DNA of 64,000 nt, from the NCBI GenBank assembly GCA_049320885.1, contig JBMORA010000027.1, positions 67,221 to 131,220 of the forward strand. The letters run 5' to 3'. The position numbers and the translations under genes were made by a program. Shown here piece by piece: positions 47,465 to 59,709 of the stretch. A model generated the notes under the pieces. The model saw only the letters and a list, made by a program, of their open reading frames with translations, had not been told where the DNA came from and ran no database searches. Within the stretch, counting starts at the first letter, position 1, and the number at the start of each line of letters is the position of its first letter. The stretch comes from Thermodesulfobacteriota bacterium. GTDB lineage: Bacteria > Desulfobacterota > Desulfobacteria > Desulfobacterales > SURF-7.

Positions 47465-50457
47465 ACCAGATCTCCAAAGGGTTTCTGCCAGGCTTCCTTC
47501 AACATGCGCACCGCAACCTTCCCAATCGTTTTTCCGTTGAGACCCGTTATGATGAGCTCCGGCAGGGAAGTCACCTCACCGATGCAGGCCCAGGGACGGC
47601 CGCGCATCAGGTTTTCGAACTCCATTCGCCGGGCCGGGTCGACGGTGACGATCAAACGGCCGGCGGATTCCGAAAACAACAGAACGTCGTCCCGCTCCAC
47701 GCCTTCCCGGGGCACCTGCCGCAAATCAACGGTCAGCCCCAGATCACCGCCCATGGCTTTCATGGCAAGATGCACTCCCAGGCCGCCCCGGTAGACCCCA
47801 TGGGCCGAAGCCGTCAGGCCCCGTTCCATGGCCAGCCCCAGGGCCTCGTAAAGGGAGAGGAAAGCCGCCGGGTCCACCTTGGGGACATTCAGCCCGACAT
47901 AGCCCAGATGTTCGTAATATTCGGAAGCCCCGAGCTCATCCCGCGTGATTCCCAGCACATACACCAGGTCTCCGGGAACCTTCGGGTCCATGCTGACGCA
48001 TTTTTTCACGTCAGCCACAATCCCGGTCACGGAAAACTGCATGGTGGGCAGCGCCGATACCTTGCGGGTTTCACCGTAGGGTCCCGCCAGATGCCCATCC
48101 ACGTACATGCTGTCCTTGCCGGACAACAGCGGAATCCCATAGGCCAGGCAGAGGTCGCGAAGGGCCTTGCAGGACCTCACCAATTGGGCGGCCTTGAATT
48201 TTCCATCGGGATTTTTCACGGGATGGTACTGGATATCCGGCCAGCAGAAATTGTCCACCCCGCCGATCTGGGACAAATCCGCGCCCACGGAGACCATCCG
48301 GCGGACAGCCTCGTCGATGGTGCAAGCCGTCATATGATAGGCGTCGATGGCGGAATAAGCCGGAGTCAGGGCCTGGGAAAAGGCGATGCCCTTCTCGGAA
48401 GTCAATACCGGCCGGATGACGGCGGCATCGGAATTGACGTCCGCCCGGGCACCCGTCAAGGGCTTGATCACGCTGCCGCCCTGGACCTCGTGGTCGTATT
48501 GGCGGATGATCCATTCCTTGGAACAGATATTCGGCCGGGCTAGCAGATCCAGCAACAGGCCGGCAAAGTCCTTGGGAACGCCCACCACCGGTTCCGTCAG
48601 GCCCCGGTCCTCCGGGGAACGCCATTCCGCCTGGAATTCCCACTGGGGAAAGCCGGACTCCAGCAAATCCATGTCTACATAAGCGCAGGTCCGGTCGTTA
48701 TAGGTGATATGGAGTTTGCCGCTGTCGGTGTATTCGCCGATGACGGTGCTTTCCACGGCATGCTGGCGGGAAAGAGCCATGAAGCGGGAAAGGTCTGTAG
48801 GCGCCACCGCCACGGTCATGCGTTCCTGGGATTCCGAGACCCAGATCTCCCACTGATCCAGGCCTTCGTATTTCAAGGGCACTTTTTCCAGTTCCACCCG
48901 GCAGCCTCCGGAAAACCGCGCGGACTCCCCCACCGAGGAGGATAGCCCGCCGCCGCCGTTGTCGGTGATAAACCGGATCAGCCCCTCGTCCCGGGCTTCC
49001 AGGAGGAAATCATGCATTTTCTTCTGGGTGTACGGATCGCCGATCTGGACATGCCCCGCCGGGGTATGGGCGGAAAAACTCTCGGAGGAGGCGGTGACGC
49101 CGTGGATGCCGTCCTTGCCCACCCGGCCGCCGCACATGATGATCCGATCCCCCGGCGAGGTGTGCTTGGTTTCCGAGGGCTCCCCCTGGATCCGGGCCGG
49201 CATGACGCCCACCGCAGTAACGAACACCAGGCATTTTCCCATATAGCCGGGGTCGAACAGCACCTGACCGAAGGTGGTGGGAATGCCGCTTTTATTGCCG
49301 CCGTCCTTGACCCCCTCGATGATGCCGTCCAGAAGACGCCGGGGGTGAAGGCGCGGCCGGAGGACACCGGAATAATCCCGGGGCCCGACACAGAATCCGT
49401 AACTCCCCATCACCAGCCTGGCGCCCTTGCCGGTCCCCAGGGGATCCCGGTAAACGCCCACTATTCCGGTGATGGCGCCGCCGTAGGCCTCCATGTTGGA
49501 GGGGGAATTGTGGGTTTCACCGGTAACCACATAATAGGTGTCCTGGTCGAAACGAGCGGCCCCGGCATTATCCCACAGCACCGACACCACCCAGGGCTTG
49601 CGCTCTTTCAACGACAAGGTCGGGGCCTCGATGCAGGTCTTGAACAGGTTGTCGACGATTTCGCTTTCCCCGGTGGTCAAATCCCGGTAATGGAATTTTC
49701 CCCGGAAGGTGTTGTGGTTGCAATGGTCGCTGCGGGCCTGGGAAATATATTCGAGTTCCAGATCCGTCGGCCCGTCGAGACCGAAGGCCCCGCGGGCCTC
49801 CCGGACTTCCCGGCGTAAAAAATAGTTCCGGATGGTGGGGATGTCGTTGGGGTTCAGGGCCAGATTGCGCTCAGCGCTGACTTTCCCCAGGGCCGCATCG
49901 CTGTCAATATCGATGGTGCCCACGACGGGGGTATGGCCGAGAATGACCTTGGGCATGATGAAGCCGACACCTTCCGACGGATTCCACTCCCCGGGCCCGA
50001 TGATCCGCCATTGCTGAATGATGTCGTTGGCCAGAAGCTCTCCGGCGATCCGGTCCGCCTGGTCCCGGCGGAGTCCCGGTCCTTTGAGGCAGTACCGTTT
50101 CGAGGTGTAGACCGCTTCACCCCGGACAAAGGACCGTCCGAGCAGATCCTCGATGGCTTCCATGGCGGTGCTGGCCGGATTGTCGCGCACCCCGGGCCGG
50201 TATCCCACCCATATCATCCAGTCGAAATCCATGGGCAGGGGTTCAAAGGAAGACTGCTGGGTCACCGGGTTGGTGAACAGTTCGTTCTGAAGGACGGTCA
50301 ACTGCCCGCCGGTCAACGCTGCGTCGATGGTGATGATCTGGATGGTCCGGACGCTGTCCAGCTCGAAACCGAAATAGGTTCTGGCGCGCTGACACACCTT
50401 GTTGCCTTCCGCATCCACCAGGTCGGACTTCAGTGAGATTTCCAGTCGGTAGGGCAT
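47461..50457 (-). CDS. purL: Phosphoribosylformylglycinamidine synthase synthetase subunit with N-terminal PurS-like extension
   Basis: SDHCNH, ETHNSPS, GGAITG, GKDGIHG, DNGGGG, SESQERM, QYDHEV, SGKDS, LFSES. Confidence 0.92.
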   Translation of the reverse strand: MPYRLEISLKSDLVDAEGNKVCQRARTYFGFELDSVRTIQIITIDAALTGGQLTVLQNELFTNPVTQQSSFEPLPMDFDWMIWVGYRPGVRDNPASTAMEAIEDLLGRSFVRGEAVYTSKRYCLKGPGLRRDQADRIAGELLANDIIQQWRIIGPGEWNPSEGVGFIMPKVILGHTPVVGTIDIDSDAALGKVSAERNLALNPNDIPTIRNYFLRREVREARGAFGLDGPTDLELEYISQARSDHCNHNTFRGKFHYRDLTTGESEIVDNLFKTCIEAPTLSLKERKPWVVSVLWDNAGAARFDQDTYYVVTGETHNSPSNMEAYGGAITGIVGVYRDPLGTGKGARLVMGSYGFCVGPRDYSGVLRPRLHPRRLLDGIIEGVKDGGNKSGIPTTFGQVLFDPGYMGKCLVFVTAVGVMPARIQGEPSETKHTSPGDRIIMCGGRVGKDGIHGVTASSESFSAHTPAGHVQIGDPYTQKKMHDFLLEARDEGLIRFITDNGGGGLSSSVGESARFSGGCRVELEKVPLKYEGLDQWEIWVSESQERMTVAVAPTDLSRFMALSRQHAVESTVIGEYTDSGKLHITYNDRTCAYVDMDLLESGFPQWEFQAEWRSPEDRGLTEPVVGVPKDFAGLLLDLLARPNICSKEWIIRQYDHEVQGGSVIKPLTGARADVNSDAAVIRPVLTSEKGIAFSQALTPAYSAIDAYHMTACTIDEAVRRMVSVGADLSQIGGVDNFCWPDIQYHPVKNPDGKFKAAQLVRSCKALRDLCLAYGIPLLSGKDSMYVDGHLAGPYGETRKVSALPTMQFSVTGIVADVKKCVSMDPKVPGDLVYVLGITRDELGASEYYEHLGYVGLNVPKVDPAAFLSLYEALGLAMERGLTASAHGVYRGGLGVHLAMKAMGGDLGLTVDLRQVPREGVERDDVLLFSESAGRLIVTVDPARRMEFENLMRGRPWACIGEVTSLPELIITGLNGKTIGKVAVRMLKEAWQKPFGDLV

Positions 50458-50555
50458 ATTCTGTTTTCCCCGGGATTCTGTCGATTTCCTGCCGTAAAGA
50501 GCTGAACCGTCATACCGGTGCCCTTCCTTCCGGACCCGGCAGGCCGGCTCCCATG

Positions 50556-51653
50556 CTATCCCGCCGCGTTGCCGGTGAAAAACCGCACAATGGGATCGAA
50601 ATAGCGCCGGATATCGTTGTACATGACAAATATCATCAGCAAAAGCAACACGAACATCCCACCCTGCTGGGCGACCTCGCGGATGCGCAGACTCACCGGC
50701 CGGCCGCGCAGGGCCTCGATGAAAAAAAACAGCAGGTGCCCGCCGTCCAGGACCGGGATGGGCAAAAAATTCACGATGGCCAGGTTGATGCTGATAAATG
50801 CGATCAGGTAGATGAAATTTTCCACCCCTTCCCGGGCTTGGTCGCCGGCCATCTGGGCGATCATGAGGGGGCCGCCGAGATTTTCCGCCGAAATCCGGCC
50901 CCCCAACAATTTGAAGACCCCGATGACGGTCAATTCCGCCACCCGGTAGGTATGGGTGATGCTTTCCGAAAAAGCCTGGATGGGATTCAGTCTCCGGGTG
51001 GACACGACTCCGGCGTCGGCGATGCCGATCACATAGCGGTCGACTTTCTCGCCAAACAGGTTGGTGTCCGGTCTCACCACCGGCGTCACGATTTTGCTCA
51101 GGGTGATCCCGTCGCGCCGAATGGACAATTCCAGCGCCTGTCCGCCGCAATCCTGAATCATCCCGGCCATCTCTTCCCAGCTTTGAATCGTCACGCCGTT
51201 GACGGCGAAAATGCGATCATCACTTTCCAGGCCGGCCCGCGCCGCCGGTGTGTCCGGCTTTACCTCGCCCACCACGGCCTGGCGCACCTGGAGTCCATAG
51301 AGCTGGAAAAACCCGAAATAAATCAAAACCGCCAGCAGGATGTTGAAAAAAGGCCCGGCGGCGACAATACAGATCCGTTGCAAGACATGTTTGTGCGTGA
51401 ACGACCGGGGGATGTCGGCGGGATCGATCTCCGCATCGGGTTCCTCCCCCACCATCTTGACGTAACCGCCCAGGGGAATCGCCGATAACCGGTAATCCGT
51501 CCCCCCCACGGTTTTCCCCAGCACCCGCGGGCCGAATCCCAGTGAAAATTTTTCCACGCCCACCCCGAAAAGACGGGCTGCCAGGAAATGCCCCAGTTCA
51601 TGAAAAAAAATCAATACGCCGAGAACGATGACGAATGAGATGATATATTCCAT
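50556..51653 (-). CDS. rseP: RIP metalloprotease RseP
   Basis: HELGH, PLGGYVKM, AGP..N, PDZ domain, NFLPIPVLDGG. Confidence 0.95.
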   Translation of the reverse strand: MEYIISFVIVLGVLIFFHELGHFLAARLFGVGVEKFSLGFGPRVLGKTVGGTDYRLSAIPLGGYVKMVGEEPDAEIDPADIPRSFTHKHVLQRICIVAAGPFFNILLAVLIYFGFFQLYGLQVRQAVVGEVKPDTPAARAGLESDDRIFAVNGVTIQSWEEMAGMIQDCGGQALELSIRRDGITLSKIVTPVVRPDTNLFGEKVDRYVIGIADAGVVSTRRLNPIQAFSESITHTYRVAELTVIGVFKLLGGRISAENLGGPLMIAQMAGDQAREGVENFIYLIAFISINLAIVNFLPIPVLDGGHLLFFFIEALRGRPVSLRIREVAQQGGMFVLLLLMIFVMYNDIRRYFDPIVRFFTGNAAG

Positions 51654-51687
51654 AATCCCCAATCGATATCCGGTTGATGCTGCGAGG

Positions 51688-52854
51688 TTATCGGTTCATC
51701 AGGTTGCGAATCCGCTGCCGGGCCGTCCGGCGCGCCCACCCATCAGCCGCGAGAACGGCCGCGAGATCGGGCACCCCTTCCACCCGATGATCCGACATGG
51801 TCTCTTCGATGGCCCGGGGTATTTTATCAAAATCCAGTTGTTCCGCCAAGAAGGCCGCCACGGCTTCCTCGTTGGCGGCATTCATCACCGCCGGCATGGT
51901 TCCGCCGGTCTCACCCGCCGCATAGGCCAGACCCAGGCAGGGGAATTTGCTCCCATCCGGCTTCTGAAACCCGAGGGAACCGACGGCGGCCAGTTCCGGG
52001 GCGGGAATTCCCAGGGGCAACCGCTCGGGGAAGGTCAGGGCATAGGCAATGGCGGTCCGCATGTCCGGAGCGCCCAGCTGGGCGATCATGGAACCGTCCC
52101 GGAAAGCCACCAGCGAATGCACCATGCTCTGGGGATGAACCACCACTTCGATGTCCGCCAGGGGGATCCCGAAAAGATGTCTGGCCTCGATAACTTCCAG
52201 CCCTTTGTTCATCAACGTGGCGGAATCGATGGTGATTTTCCGCCCCATCGCCCAGGTTGGATGCCGCAGGGCGTCCCGGGGCCGGATCTGGTGGAAGGTC
52301 CGGGCCGGCCGCTCCAGGAAAGGGCCCCCCGAAGCCGTCAGATAAATCCGGACCAGATCTTCCCGCCGTTGTCCGCAGAGGCATTGAAAGATGGCGCTGT
52401 GCTCGCTGTCCACCGGCAGAATCCGAACCCCCTTGCGCCCGGCCAGCGGCATGACGATGTCACCGGCCATGACCAGGGTTTCCTTGTTGGCCAGGGCGAT
52501 TTCCTTCCCGGCTTCGATGGCCGTGACCGTGGGCAGGAGCCCGGCGGCCCCCACCATGGCGGACAACACCGTATCCACGGACGAATGGGAGGCCACCGCC
52601 CGGTACCCTTCGTCACCGAACAGGATTTCCGTGGAAGAAGCGGCCGGCAAGATCCTTTTCAGGGCCGACGCCGTCTCCTCGTCGAAGACGCTGACGATCT
52701 CCGGCCGGAACCGGCGGATCTGGTCCGCCAGCAAGTCGATGTTGTTCCGGGCCGCCAGGGCTTTCACCGCCAGGCGCTCGGGAAACATGGCCGCCACCTG
52801 CAACGCATTGCGGCCGATGGAGCCCGTGGAACCCAATATGGCAATGGATTTCAT
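51688..52854 (-). CDS. dxr: 1-deoxy-D-xylulose 5-phosphate reductoisomerase
   Basis: LGSTGSIG, LANKE, PVDSEH, TASGGPF, HPTWAMG.KITIDSAT.MNKGLE, NAANE. Confidence 0.97.
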   Translation of the reverse strand: MKSIAILGSTGSIGRNALQVAAMFPERLAVKALAARNNIDLLADQIRRFRPEIVSVFDEETASALKRILPAASSTEILFGDEGYRAVASHSSVDTVLSAMVGAAGLLPTVTAIEAGKEIALANKETLVMAGDIVMPLAGRKGVRILPVDSEHSAIFQCLCGQRREDLVRIYLTASGGPFLERPARTFHQIRPRDALRHPTWAMGRKITIDSATLMNKGLEVIEARHLFGIPLADIEVVVHPQSMVHSLVAFRDGSMIAQLGAPDMRTAIAYALTFPERLPLGIPAPELAAVGSLGFQKPDGSKFPCLGLAYAAGETGGTMPAVMNAANEEAVAAFLAEQLDFDKIPRAIEETMSDHRVEGVPDLAAVLAADGWARRTARQRIRNLMNR

Positions 52855-53660
52855 GTCAGGATATACGCCTTGAAAAAAAAGGCCAGGGGGGCGGCGAAAA
52901 GCAGGGCGTCGATGCGGTCCAGGAGCCCCCCGTGACCGGGCAATATCGTACCGGAATCCTTGACATTCGCCGCCCGCTTGAGGGCCGATTCGAACAGATC
53001 GCCCATGGGACCGGCGACCCCGACGCCCAGGAACAGGATCAGACATCCCCCCAGGGGCAATTCCGGCAGAAACAAGGCCCGGAACAGAAAGCCGATGCCG
53101 ACGCTGGCCCCGAGTCCCCCCAGGGCCCCTTCAATGGTTTTCCCCGGACTGACCGCCGGATACAGCTTGCGCCGTCCCCAAAACCTGCCGGCATAAAACG
53201 CCCCGATATCACCGAAAAAAACGAGAAACAACAGGAAAAAAACCCAGGCGGCGCCATGGGGGTCCCGGCGGAGCATGACAATCTGCGCCAGCATCAACGG
53301 AACATACACGACTCCCGCCACCTGCTTCATGACCAGCGCCATGGCCTCCGGCTCCCGCTTATAGCGCACCAGACCGAAAAAACCGGCCACCGCCAGGTCC
53401 AGTGCCAGCAGTGTCGGCACTACGGCCTCGGCGCCGGCATGGGCTGCCGCCGCGGTCAGAATACCGGTGATGAACCCGGTGATGGCAATCGGGGAACGAA
53501 CGATGTCTTCGGTGTCCCGGCAGACGATATGATAATATTCCCAGAGGCCGATCAGGGAAACCAGGCCGATAAACATGCTGAAGACCAGACCGCCCTGATA
53601 GATCAGCCAGATCAGAAACGGCAGGGCCACCAGTGCTGTAATCCATCGCTGTGCGTGCAT
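52851..53660 (-). CDS. cdsA: Phosphatidate cytidylyltransferase
   Basis: SPGKTIEG, GDLFESALKR..VKDSG.ILPGHGGLLDRID. Confidence 0.95.
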   Translation of the reverse strand: MHAQRWITALVALPFLIWLIYQGGLVFSMFIGLVSLIGLWEYYHIVCRDTEDIVRSPIAITGFITGILTAAAAHAGAEAVVPTLLALDLAVAGFFGLVRYKREPEAMALVMKQVAGVVYVPLMLAQIVMLRRDPHGAAWVFFLLFLVFFGDIGAFYAGRFWGRRKLYPAVSPGKTIEGALGGLGASVGIGFLFRALFLPELPLGGCLILFLGVGVAGPMGDLFESALKRAANVKDSGTILPGHGGLLDRIDALLFAAPLAFFFKAYILT

Positions 53661-53703
53661 TTTTGTCAGTCGTCGTGTCCTTTCGGCCGGAACGGGACGC
53701 CGT

Positions 53704-54448
<745 letters not shown>

Positions 54449-54459
<11 letters not shown>

Positions 54460-55006
54460 GAATTTCCTTCTCTTTTTGGCTGTAGGTCGTATCGATCAGT
54501 TTCGTATGCTCGTCGGTCAGCTTCTGGATCCGGTCTTGGGCCTTGAAGGATTCGTCTTCCGAAATTTCACCGTCCTTTTTCAGCTCCTTCAGCATTTCAT
54601 TGGCGTCCCGCCGAAGGTTGCGGACAATGATCTTGCGTTCTTCACAGGTTTTGTGAACGTTTTTGACGATCTCCTTGCGGCGCTCTTCCGTGAGGGGCGG
54701 GACGGAAATCCGAATGATCTTGCCGTCGTTGGATGGGGTCAACCCGATATTGGCTTTTAAAATTGCTCTTTCAATATTGTTGATGGCCGTTGCATCCCAC
54801 GGTTGGATGGTGATCAAACGGCTTTCCGGAACGGAAAGAGACGCCATTTGGTTCAGCGGAGTCGGCGTACCGTAATAATCCACCCGGATCCCGTCCAGAA
54901 TGTTAACGGAAGCACGGCCGGTCCTGACTTTCTTCAATTCACTTTCAAGGGTGGAAACCGCTTTGACCATCTTTTCCTTGGTTTCCTGATAAATCGATTC
55001 AATCAT
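54449..55006 (-). CDS. frr: Ribosome recycling factor
   Basis: RTGRAS, YYG..TPLNQ, PPLTEERRKE, RNLRRDAN. Confidence 0.97.
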
Positions 55007-55061
55007 AGCCATCCATCCCATTGTCTAAGGAGTTGATATCCAGCCGGAGCCGGAACCCGGC

Positions 55062-55778
55062 TCAGTTGCGGATCCGGGTTCCCACCATCTCTCCACAAAC
55101 AATCTTGCGAATGCTGCCCTTTTTCTTCAGGCTGAAGACGGAAAGCGGCAGCTGGTTGTCCATCGCCAGTGAAATGGCGGTCATGTCCATGACGTGCAAC
55201 TGGCGCTCCAGAACCTCCATATAGGTAATTTCCTTGATGAACTGCGCCTGCTTGTTGACCACCGGGTCCGAGTCGTAGACGCCTTCGACCTTGGTGGCCT
55301 TCAAAAGGATTTCCGCATGGATCTCCTGGGCGCGCAGCACGGCCGCGGTGTCCGTGGTGAAATACGGATTCCCCGTCCCGGCGGCGAAAATGACCACCCG
55401 CCCCTTGTCCAGATGCCGGACCGCCCGTCGCAGGATATAGGGCTCGGCGACCTCATGCATGGATATGGCCGACTGAACCCGGGTCTGGATGCCTCGCTGC
55501 TCGAGGGCGTCCTGCAGCGCGATGCTGTTGATCACCGTTGCCAGCATGCCCATATGGTCGGCGGAAGCCCGATCCATGCCGTAGGAACTGGCGGCTATCC
55601 CCCGAAAGATGTTACCGCCGCCCACGACAATGGCGACTTGGACGCCGAGATCAAAAATCGAACGGATCTCATCCGCCACATATTTCATCATATCCGCACT
55701 GATGCCGAACTCCTGGGTGCCCATCAAGGCCTCACCGCTCAACTTCAACAGGATCCGCTTATATTTTGGATGAGACAA
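55062..55778 (-). CDS. pyrH: UMP kinase
   Basis: [33 protein letters not shown]. Confidence 0.97.
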   Translation of the reverse strand: MSHPKYKRILLKLSGEALMGTQEFGISADMMKYVADEIRSIFDLGVQVAIVVGGGNIFRGIAASSYGMDRASADHMGMLATVINSIALQDALEQRGIQTRVQSAISMHEVAEPYILRRAVRHLDKGRVVIFAAGTGNPYFTTDTAAVLRAQEIHAEILLKATKVEGVYDSDPVVNKQAQFIKEITYMEVLERQLHVMDMTAISLAMDNQLPLSVFSLKKKGSIRKIVCGEMVGTRIRN

Positions 55779-55783
55779 TGCCG

Positions 55784-56380
55784 TTACGCTCCTATTTGAA
55801 ACCGTACAAACTGTTTGATGCGGATATTCTCACCGATCTTGGCGATGACATCGTTGAGCAAATCGCTGATGGTGATATTCGGATCCCGCACATAGGGTTG
55901 ATTCATCAGACAGGCTTCCTTGTAGAACTTATTCAGTTTGCCCTCGACGATCTTTTCAATCATGTTTTCCGGCTTGCCCATTTCCCGGGCCTGCTCCATA
56001 TAGATGGCCTTTTCCCGCTCGACGATCTCGGCGGGGACATCCTCCGGCAGAATCCCCGCCGGGCTGGTGGCGGCGATATGCATGGCGATGTTCTTGGCGA
56101 AACTGATGAAATCATCGGTCTTGGCCACAAAATCGGACTCGCAGCCGACCTCCACCAGCACGCCGATTTTCCCGCCCATATGAATATAGGATTGAATCGT
56201 GCCCTCGGTGGTTCCCCGGCCGGCGCGCTTCAATGCCGTGGCCATTCCTTTTTTTCTCAGATAATCCACTGCCTTTTCAAGGTCGCCGTTGCATTCCGCC
56301 AGCGCTTCCTTGCAATCCATCATGCCGGCTCCGGTTTTGGCCCGGAGTTGCTTGACCATTTCCGCACTAATCGTTGCCAT
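55784..56380 (-). CDS. tsf: Elongation factor Ts (short 198-aa form)
   Basis: [30 protein letters not shown]. Confidence 0.96.
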   Translation of the reverse strand: MATISAEMVKQLRAKTGAGMMDCKEALAECNGDLEKAVDYLRKKGMATALKRAGRGTTEGTIQSYIHMGGKIGVLVEVGCESDFVAKTDDFISFAKNIAMHIAATSPAGILPEDVPAEIVEREKAIYMEQAREMGKPENMIEKIVEGKLNKFYKEACLMNQPYVRDPNITISDLLNDVIAKIGENIRIKQFVRFQIGA

Positions 56381-56382
56381 GA

Positions 56383-57285
56383 TTACTCTCCCGTATCTTC
56401 TGTTTCAACCACTTTCTCATTCGCGGCCATCTTGGTGGCGCTTGAGGCTGAATGCGTTGATTTTCTGATGATTTCAACTATCGGGCCTTCGGTTCCGTCG
56501 GCGATGACCTTCCGCTCACCCGGTTTCATGTCTTTTGCCGCCGCCTGGGCGCCGGGTTCTTCCTCCACGTGTTTGTCCGCGGCGGCCTGTTCGCGTTCCT
56601 GCCGTTTCCGGTTGCCCTCGATGCAGGCGTCGGCTATTTTCCCGGTGATCAGCCGGATCGCCCGGATGGCGTCGTCGTTCCCCGGAATGACATAGTCGAT
56701 TTCATCCGGATCACAGTTGGTGTCGACGATGGCCACAATGGGAATGCCGAGCCGGTGGCCCTCGCGTACGGCGATGGCTTCATTTTTGGGATCGACGATG
56801 AAAATGGCGCCGGGAAGTTTTTCCATCAAGCGGATTCCCCCCAGGCTGTTGTCCAGCTTTATTCTTTCCTTGCCCATTTTAAGCCGTTCCTTCTTGGGGA
56901 ACAGGTTGATGGTGCCGTCGTTCTCGATGGTGTTCAGATAATTCAGCCGGTCGATGCTTTTCTTGATGGTCTGAAAATTGGTCAACATGCCGCCCAGCCA
57001 GCGATTGTGGACATAGTACATCTCACAGCGGTTGGCCTCTTCATAGATGGATTCCCGGGCCTGTTTCTTCGTGCCCACGAAAACCACCGATTTGCCGCCG
57101 GCCACGGTGTCCACGATAAAATTATAGGCGGTTTTGAACATGCGCACGGTTTTCTGCAGATCGACAATATAAATGCCGTTGCGCGCCCCGAAAATGTACG
57201 GTTTCATTTTCGGATTCCACCGTTTGGTCTGATGCCCGAAATGTACCCCCGCCTCCAGCAGCTCTTTCATGGTAACGTACGCCAT
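56383..57285 (-). CDS. rpsB: 30S ribosomal protein S2
   Basis: [41 protein letters not shown]. Confidence 0.98.
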   Translation of the reverse strand: MAYVTMKELLEAGVHFGHQTKRWNPKMKPYIFGARNGIYIVDLQKTVRMFKTAYNFIVDTVAGGKSVVFVGTKKQARESIYEEANRCEMYYVHNRWLGGMLTNFQTIKKSIDRLNYLNTIENDGTINLFPKKERLKMGKERIKLDNSLGGIRLMEKLPGAIFIVDPKNEAIAVREGHRLGIPIVAIVDTNCDPDEIDYVIPGNDDAIRAIRLITGKIADACIEGNRKRQEREQAAADKHVEEEPGAQAAAKDMKPGERKVIADGTEGPIVEIIRKSTHSASSATKMAANEKVVETEDTGE

Positions 57286-57307
57286 TTTCTTCTTCCTTTC
57301 TTGATTT

Positions 57308-57384
57308 TGGTTGTTCCTCCGCCTTCCGCGCACTCATTTTCCCACTTGTGAAAGCACCTGGAAAACAGCGAAAAGGCGTGTGTA
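57308..57384 (-). ncRNA. rpsB 5' leader (t44 / S2 autoregulatory element)
   Basis: Minus strand ACACACGCC...CCAGGTGC...GGCGGAGG.ACAACC directly upstream of rpsB, matching the hallmark motifs of the t44 leader. Confidence 0.65.
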
Positions 57385-57502
57385 TTGAAGACCGACGGCT
57401 CCGGGTCGAATACGCCCCGATTCCCGCCGTCCGTCCCCGGTATCATAAACCGAAGTTACATAACAAATTCATTCTCAATTCACAATCTTTTTTTCAGCAC
57501 CA

Positions 57503-58399
57503 TCAAACCCGCGTAAGCTGCATCACCCGGTCACGGCCGCCGTAGTCCCGGAAACAGGCAGTCCGGCCGTATGCTCCGCAATCCGCAGCAAGGGCCGCAA
57601 CGGCCGTCCGTTGATCGAAACCGATCTCCAGGAGCAGATGGCCGCCCGGCCGCAGCCAGGGGGGAGCCGACCGGATGATCTGCCGCAAGGCGGAAAGCCC
57701 GTCCTTGTCACCGTCAAGCGCCAGGCGCGGTTCGAAACCCGCGATTTCCGGCTCCAGGCCGTCGATGGCTTCCGCAGCGATATAGGGGGGATTGGAAACA
57801 ATCAGGTCAAAGGGGAGAGCGCCCTTCCGGAACGCCCCGAACCAGTCGGAGCAAAAAAACAGGATCTGGTCCGTCAGCCCGTGGGCCCTGGCGTTTTCCC
57901 GGGCCTGGGCCGCCGCCGCCGTTGATTTTTCCGATGCGAAATAGCGGTGTCCCCGCCGTTCCGAGGCCAGCGCCACGATGATCGCCCCGGATCCGGTGCC
58001 CAATTCCAGAACCCTTCCGGGACCGTCCGCCGCTTCCCGGGGCAGCAACTCCAGGGCCGCTTCCACCAGGCACTCCGTATCCGGCCGGGGAATCAGCACC
58101 GCCGGTGAAACCTGGAAGCTCATGGACCAGAACTCCTTGCTTCCGGTGATATAGGCCACCGGTTCATGCAGAATTCTCCGTCTGACGAATTCCTTGAAGA
58201 CGGCTCTTTCCGCCCGGGAAAGCGGCTGATCATAGCGCAGATACAGATCGATGCGCTCCAGGTGAAGCGCATGGGCCAGCAAAACCTCGGCGGTGGTTCT
58301 GGGACTGTCGATCCGGTGGGACTTGAAGTAATTCGTGGTCCACTCAAGGACCCGCTGGATGTTCCAATCAGTTGGCTGAAGTGGCGCCTGGCTGCTCAT
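57503..58399 (-). CDS. prmC: Release factor glutamine methyltransferase
   Basis: [36 protein letters not shown]. Confidence 0.96.
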   Translation of the reverse strand: MSSQAPLQPTDWNIQRVLEWTTNYFKSHRIDSPRTTAEVLLAHALHLERIDLYLRYDQPLSRAERAVFKEFVRRRILHEPVAYITGSKEFWSMSFQVSPAVLIPRPDTECLVEAALELLPREAADGPGRVLELGTGSGAIIVALASERRGHRYFASEKSTAAAAQARENARAHGLTDQILFFCSDWFGAFRKGALPFDLIVSNPPYIAAEAIDGLEPEIAGFEPRLALDGDKDGLSALRQIIRSAPPWLRPGGHLLLEIGFDQRTAVAALAADCGAYGRTACFRDYGGRDRVMQLTRV

Positions 58400-59453
58400 G
58401 CTGCATTGCTTGGGCCCGGAAATATGTGGTCAAACCCTCGATCAATTCGCGGATATCCCCTTCCATGATGCTTTCCAGCCGATACAGGGTCAGGCCGATG
58501 CGATGATCGGTGACACGCCCCTGGGGAAAATTGTAGGTCCGGATCCGTCCACTGCGATCGCCGGTGCCCACCTGGCTCTTGCGCTCCTCGGAACGTTTTT
58601 CGTTCTGTTCGCGCTCTTTCATGTCCAGGAGTCTGGCCCGCAAGACTTTCAAGGCCTTGGCCTTGTTCTTGTGCTGGGATTTCTCGTCCTGGCAGGTCAC
58701 CACCAGCCCGGAAGGCAGATGGGTGATCCGCACGGCGGAATCCGTAGTATTGACGCTCTGCCCCCCGGGTCCGGTGGAACGGTAGACATCGACCTTGATT
58801 TCCGTCGGATCGATGTGCACATCGACCTCTTCCGCCTCCGGCAGAACCGCCACCGTCACGGCCGATGTATGGATCCGGCCCTGGGCTTCCGTGGCCGGCA
58901 CCCGCTGAACCCGGTGAATGCCGCTCTCATACTTGAAATGACTGTAGGCCCCCTTGCCCTGGATCATGGCGACGATTTCCTTGAACCCGCCAAGACCCGT
59001 GAGGCTTTCCGTCAGGATCTCGATTTTCCAGTTCTGGTTCTCCGCATACCGGCTGTACATCCGGAACAGATTCGCGGCGAAAAGCCCGGCCTCCTCCCCA
59101 CCGGTGCCGGCCCGGATTTCCAGGATGACGTTCTTGTCGTCATTGGGATCCTTGGGGGTCAGCAGCCGTTTGAGCTCTTCTTCCAGTTCCGCCTTTTTCC
59201 GGGTCAGGGCATCGACCTCTTCCTTGGCCAGCCCCTTGATCTCCGGGTCCTTGTCCTGCATCAACTCCATGCTTTCGTCCAAGGCGGAAAGGGTTTGCCG
59301 GTAGGTCCTGAACGCTGATACGACCTCGCCCAGCTCCGCGTGCTCCCGGCTGTATTTCTGGTACGCATCCCTGTTTTTCAGGGTCGCGGGATCGCTGAGC
59401 AGCTGCTCCAGGGTGGTATAGCGTTCTTCGACGCCGGCGAGCTTATCAAACAT
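58368..59453 (-). CDS. prfA: Peptide chain release factor 1
   Basis: [19 protein letters not shown] (PxT), [18 protein letters not shown]. Confidence 0.98.
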   Translation of the reverse strand: MFDKLAGVEERYTTLEQLLSDPATLKNRDAYQKYSREHAELGEVVSAFRTYRQTLSALDESMELMQDKDPEIKGLAKEEVDALTRKKAELEEELKRLLTPKDPNDDKNVILEIRAGTGGEEAGLFAANLFRMYSRYAENQNWKIEILTESLTGLGGFKEIVAMIQGKGAYSHFKYESGIHRVQRVPATEAQGRIHTSAVTVAVLPEAEEVDVHIDPTEIKVDVYRSTGPGGQSVNTTDSAVRITHLPSGLVVTCQDEKSQHKNKAKALKVLRARLLDMKEREQNEKRSEERKSQVGTGDRSGRIRTYNFPQGRVTDHRIGLTLYRLESIMEGDIRELIEGLTTYFRAQAMQHEQPGATSAN

Positions 59454-59465
59454 GGGCTTTCCCGG

Positions 59466-59687
59466 CTATTCCGCCTGCTCCGGTTGTTGGAACTTGGCGT
59501 ACTTTCTGCGGAACCGCTCAATCCGGCCGGCGGTGTCGATCAATTTTTGTTTCCCGGTAAAGAACGGATGACACTGGGAACAGATTTCAACCTTGATCTC
59601 CGGCTTCGTCGATCCAACCACTATTTCATTCCCGCAGGCGCATTTGACCGTCGCCTGATGGTATTCCGGGTGGATGTCTTTTTTCAT
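59466..59687 (-). CDS. rpmE: 50S ribosomal protein L31 (Zn-binding type)
   Basis: [23 protein letters not shown]. Confidence 0.97.
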   Translation of the reverse strand: MKKDIHPEYHQATVKCACGNEIVVGSTKPEIKVEICSQCHPFFTGKQKLIDTAGRIERFRRKYAKFQQPEQAE

Positions 59688-59709
59688 TTTACGCTGTCCT
59701 CCTGAATGG

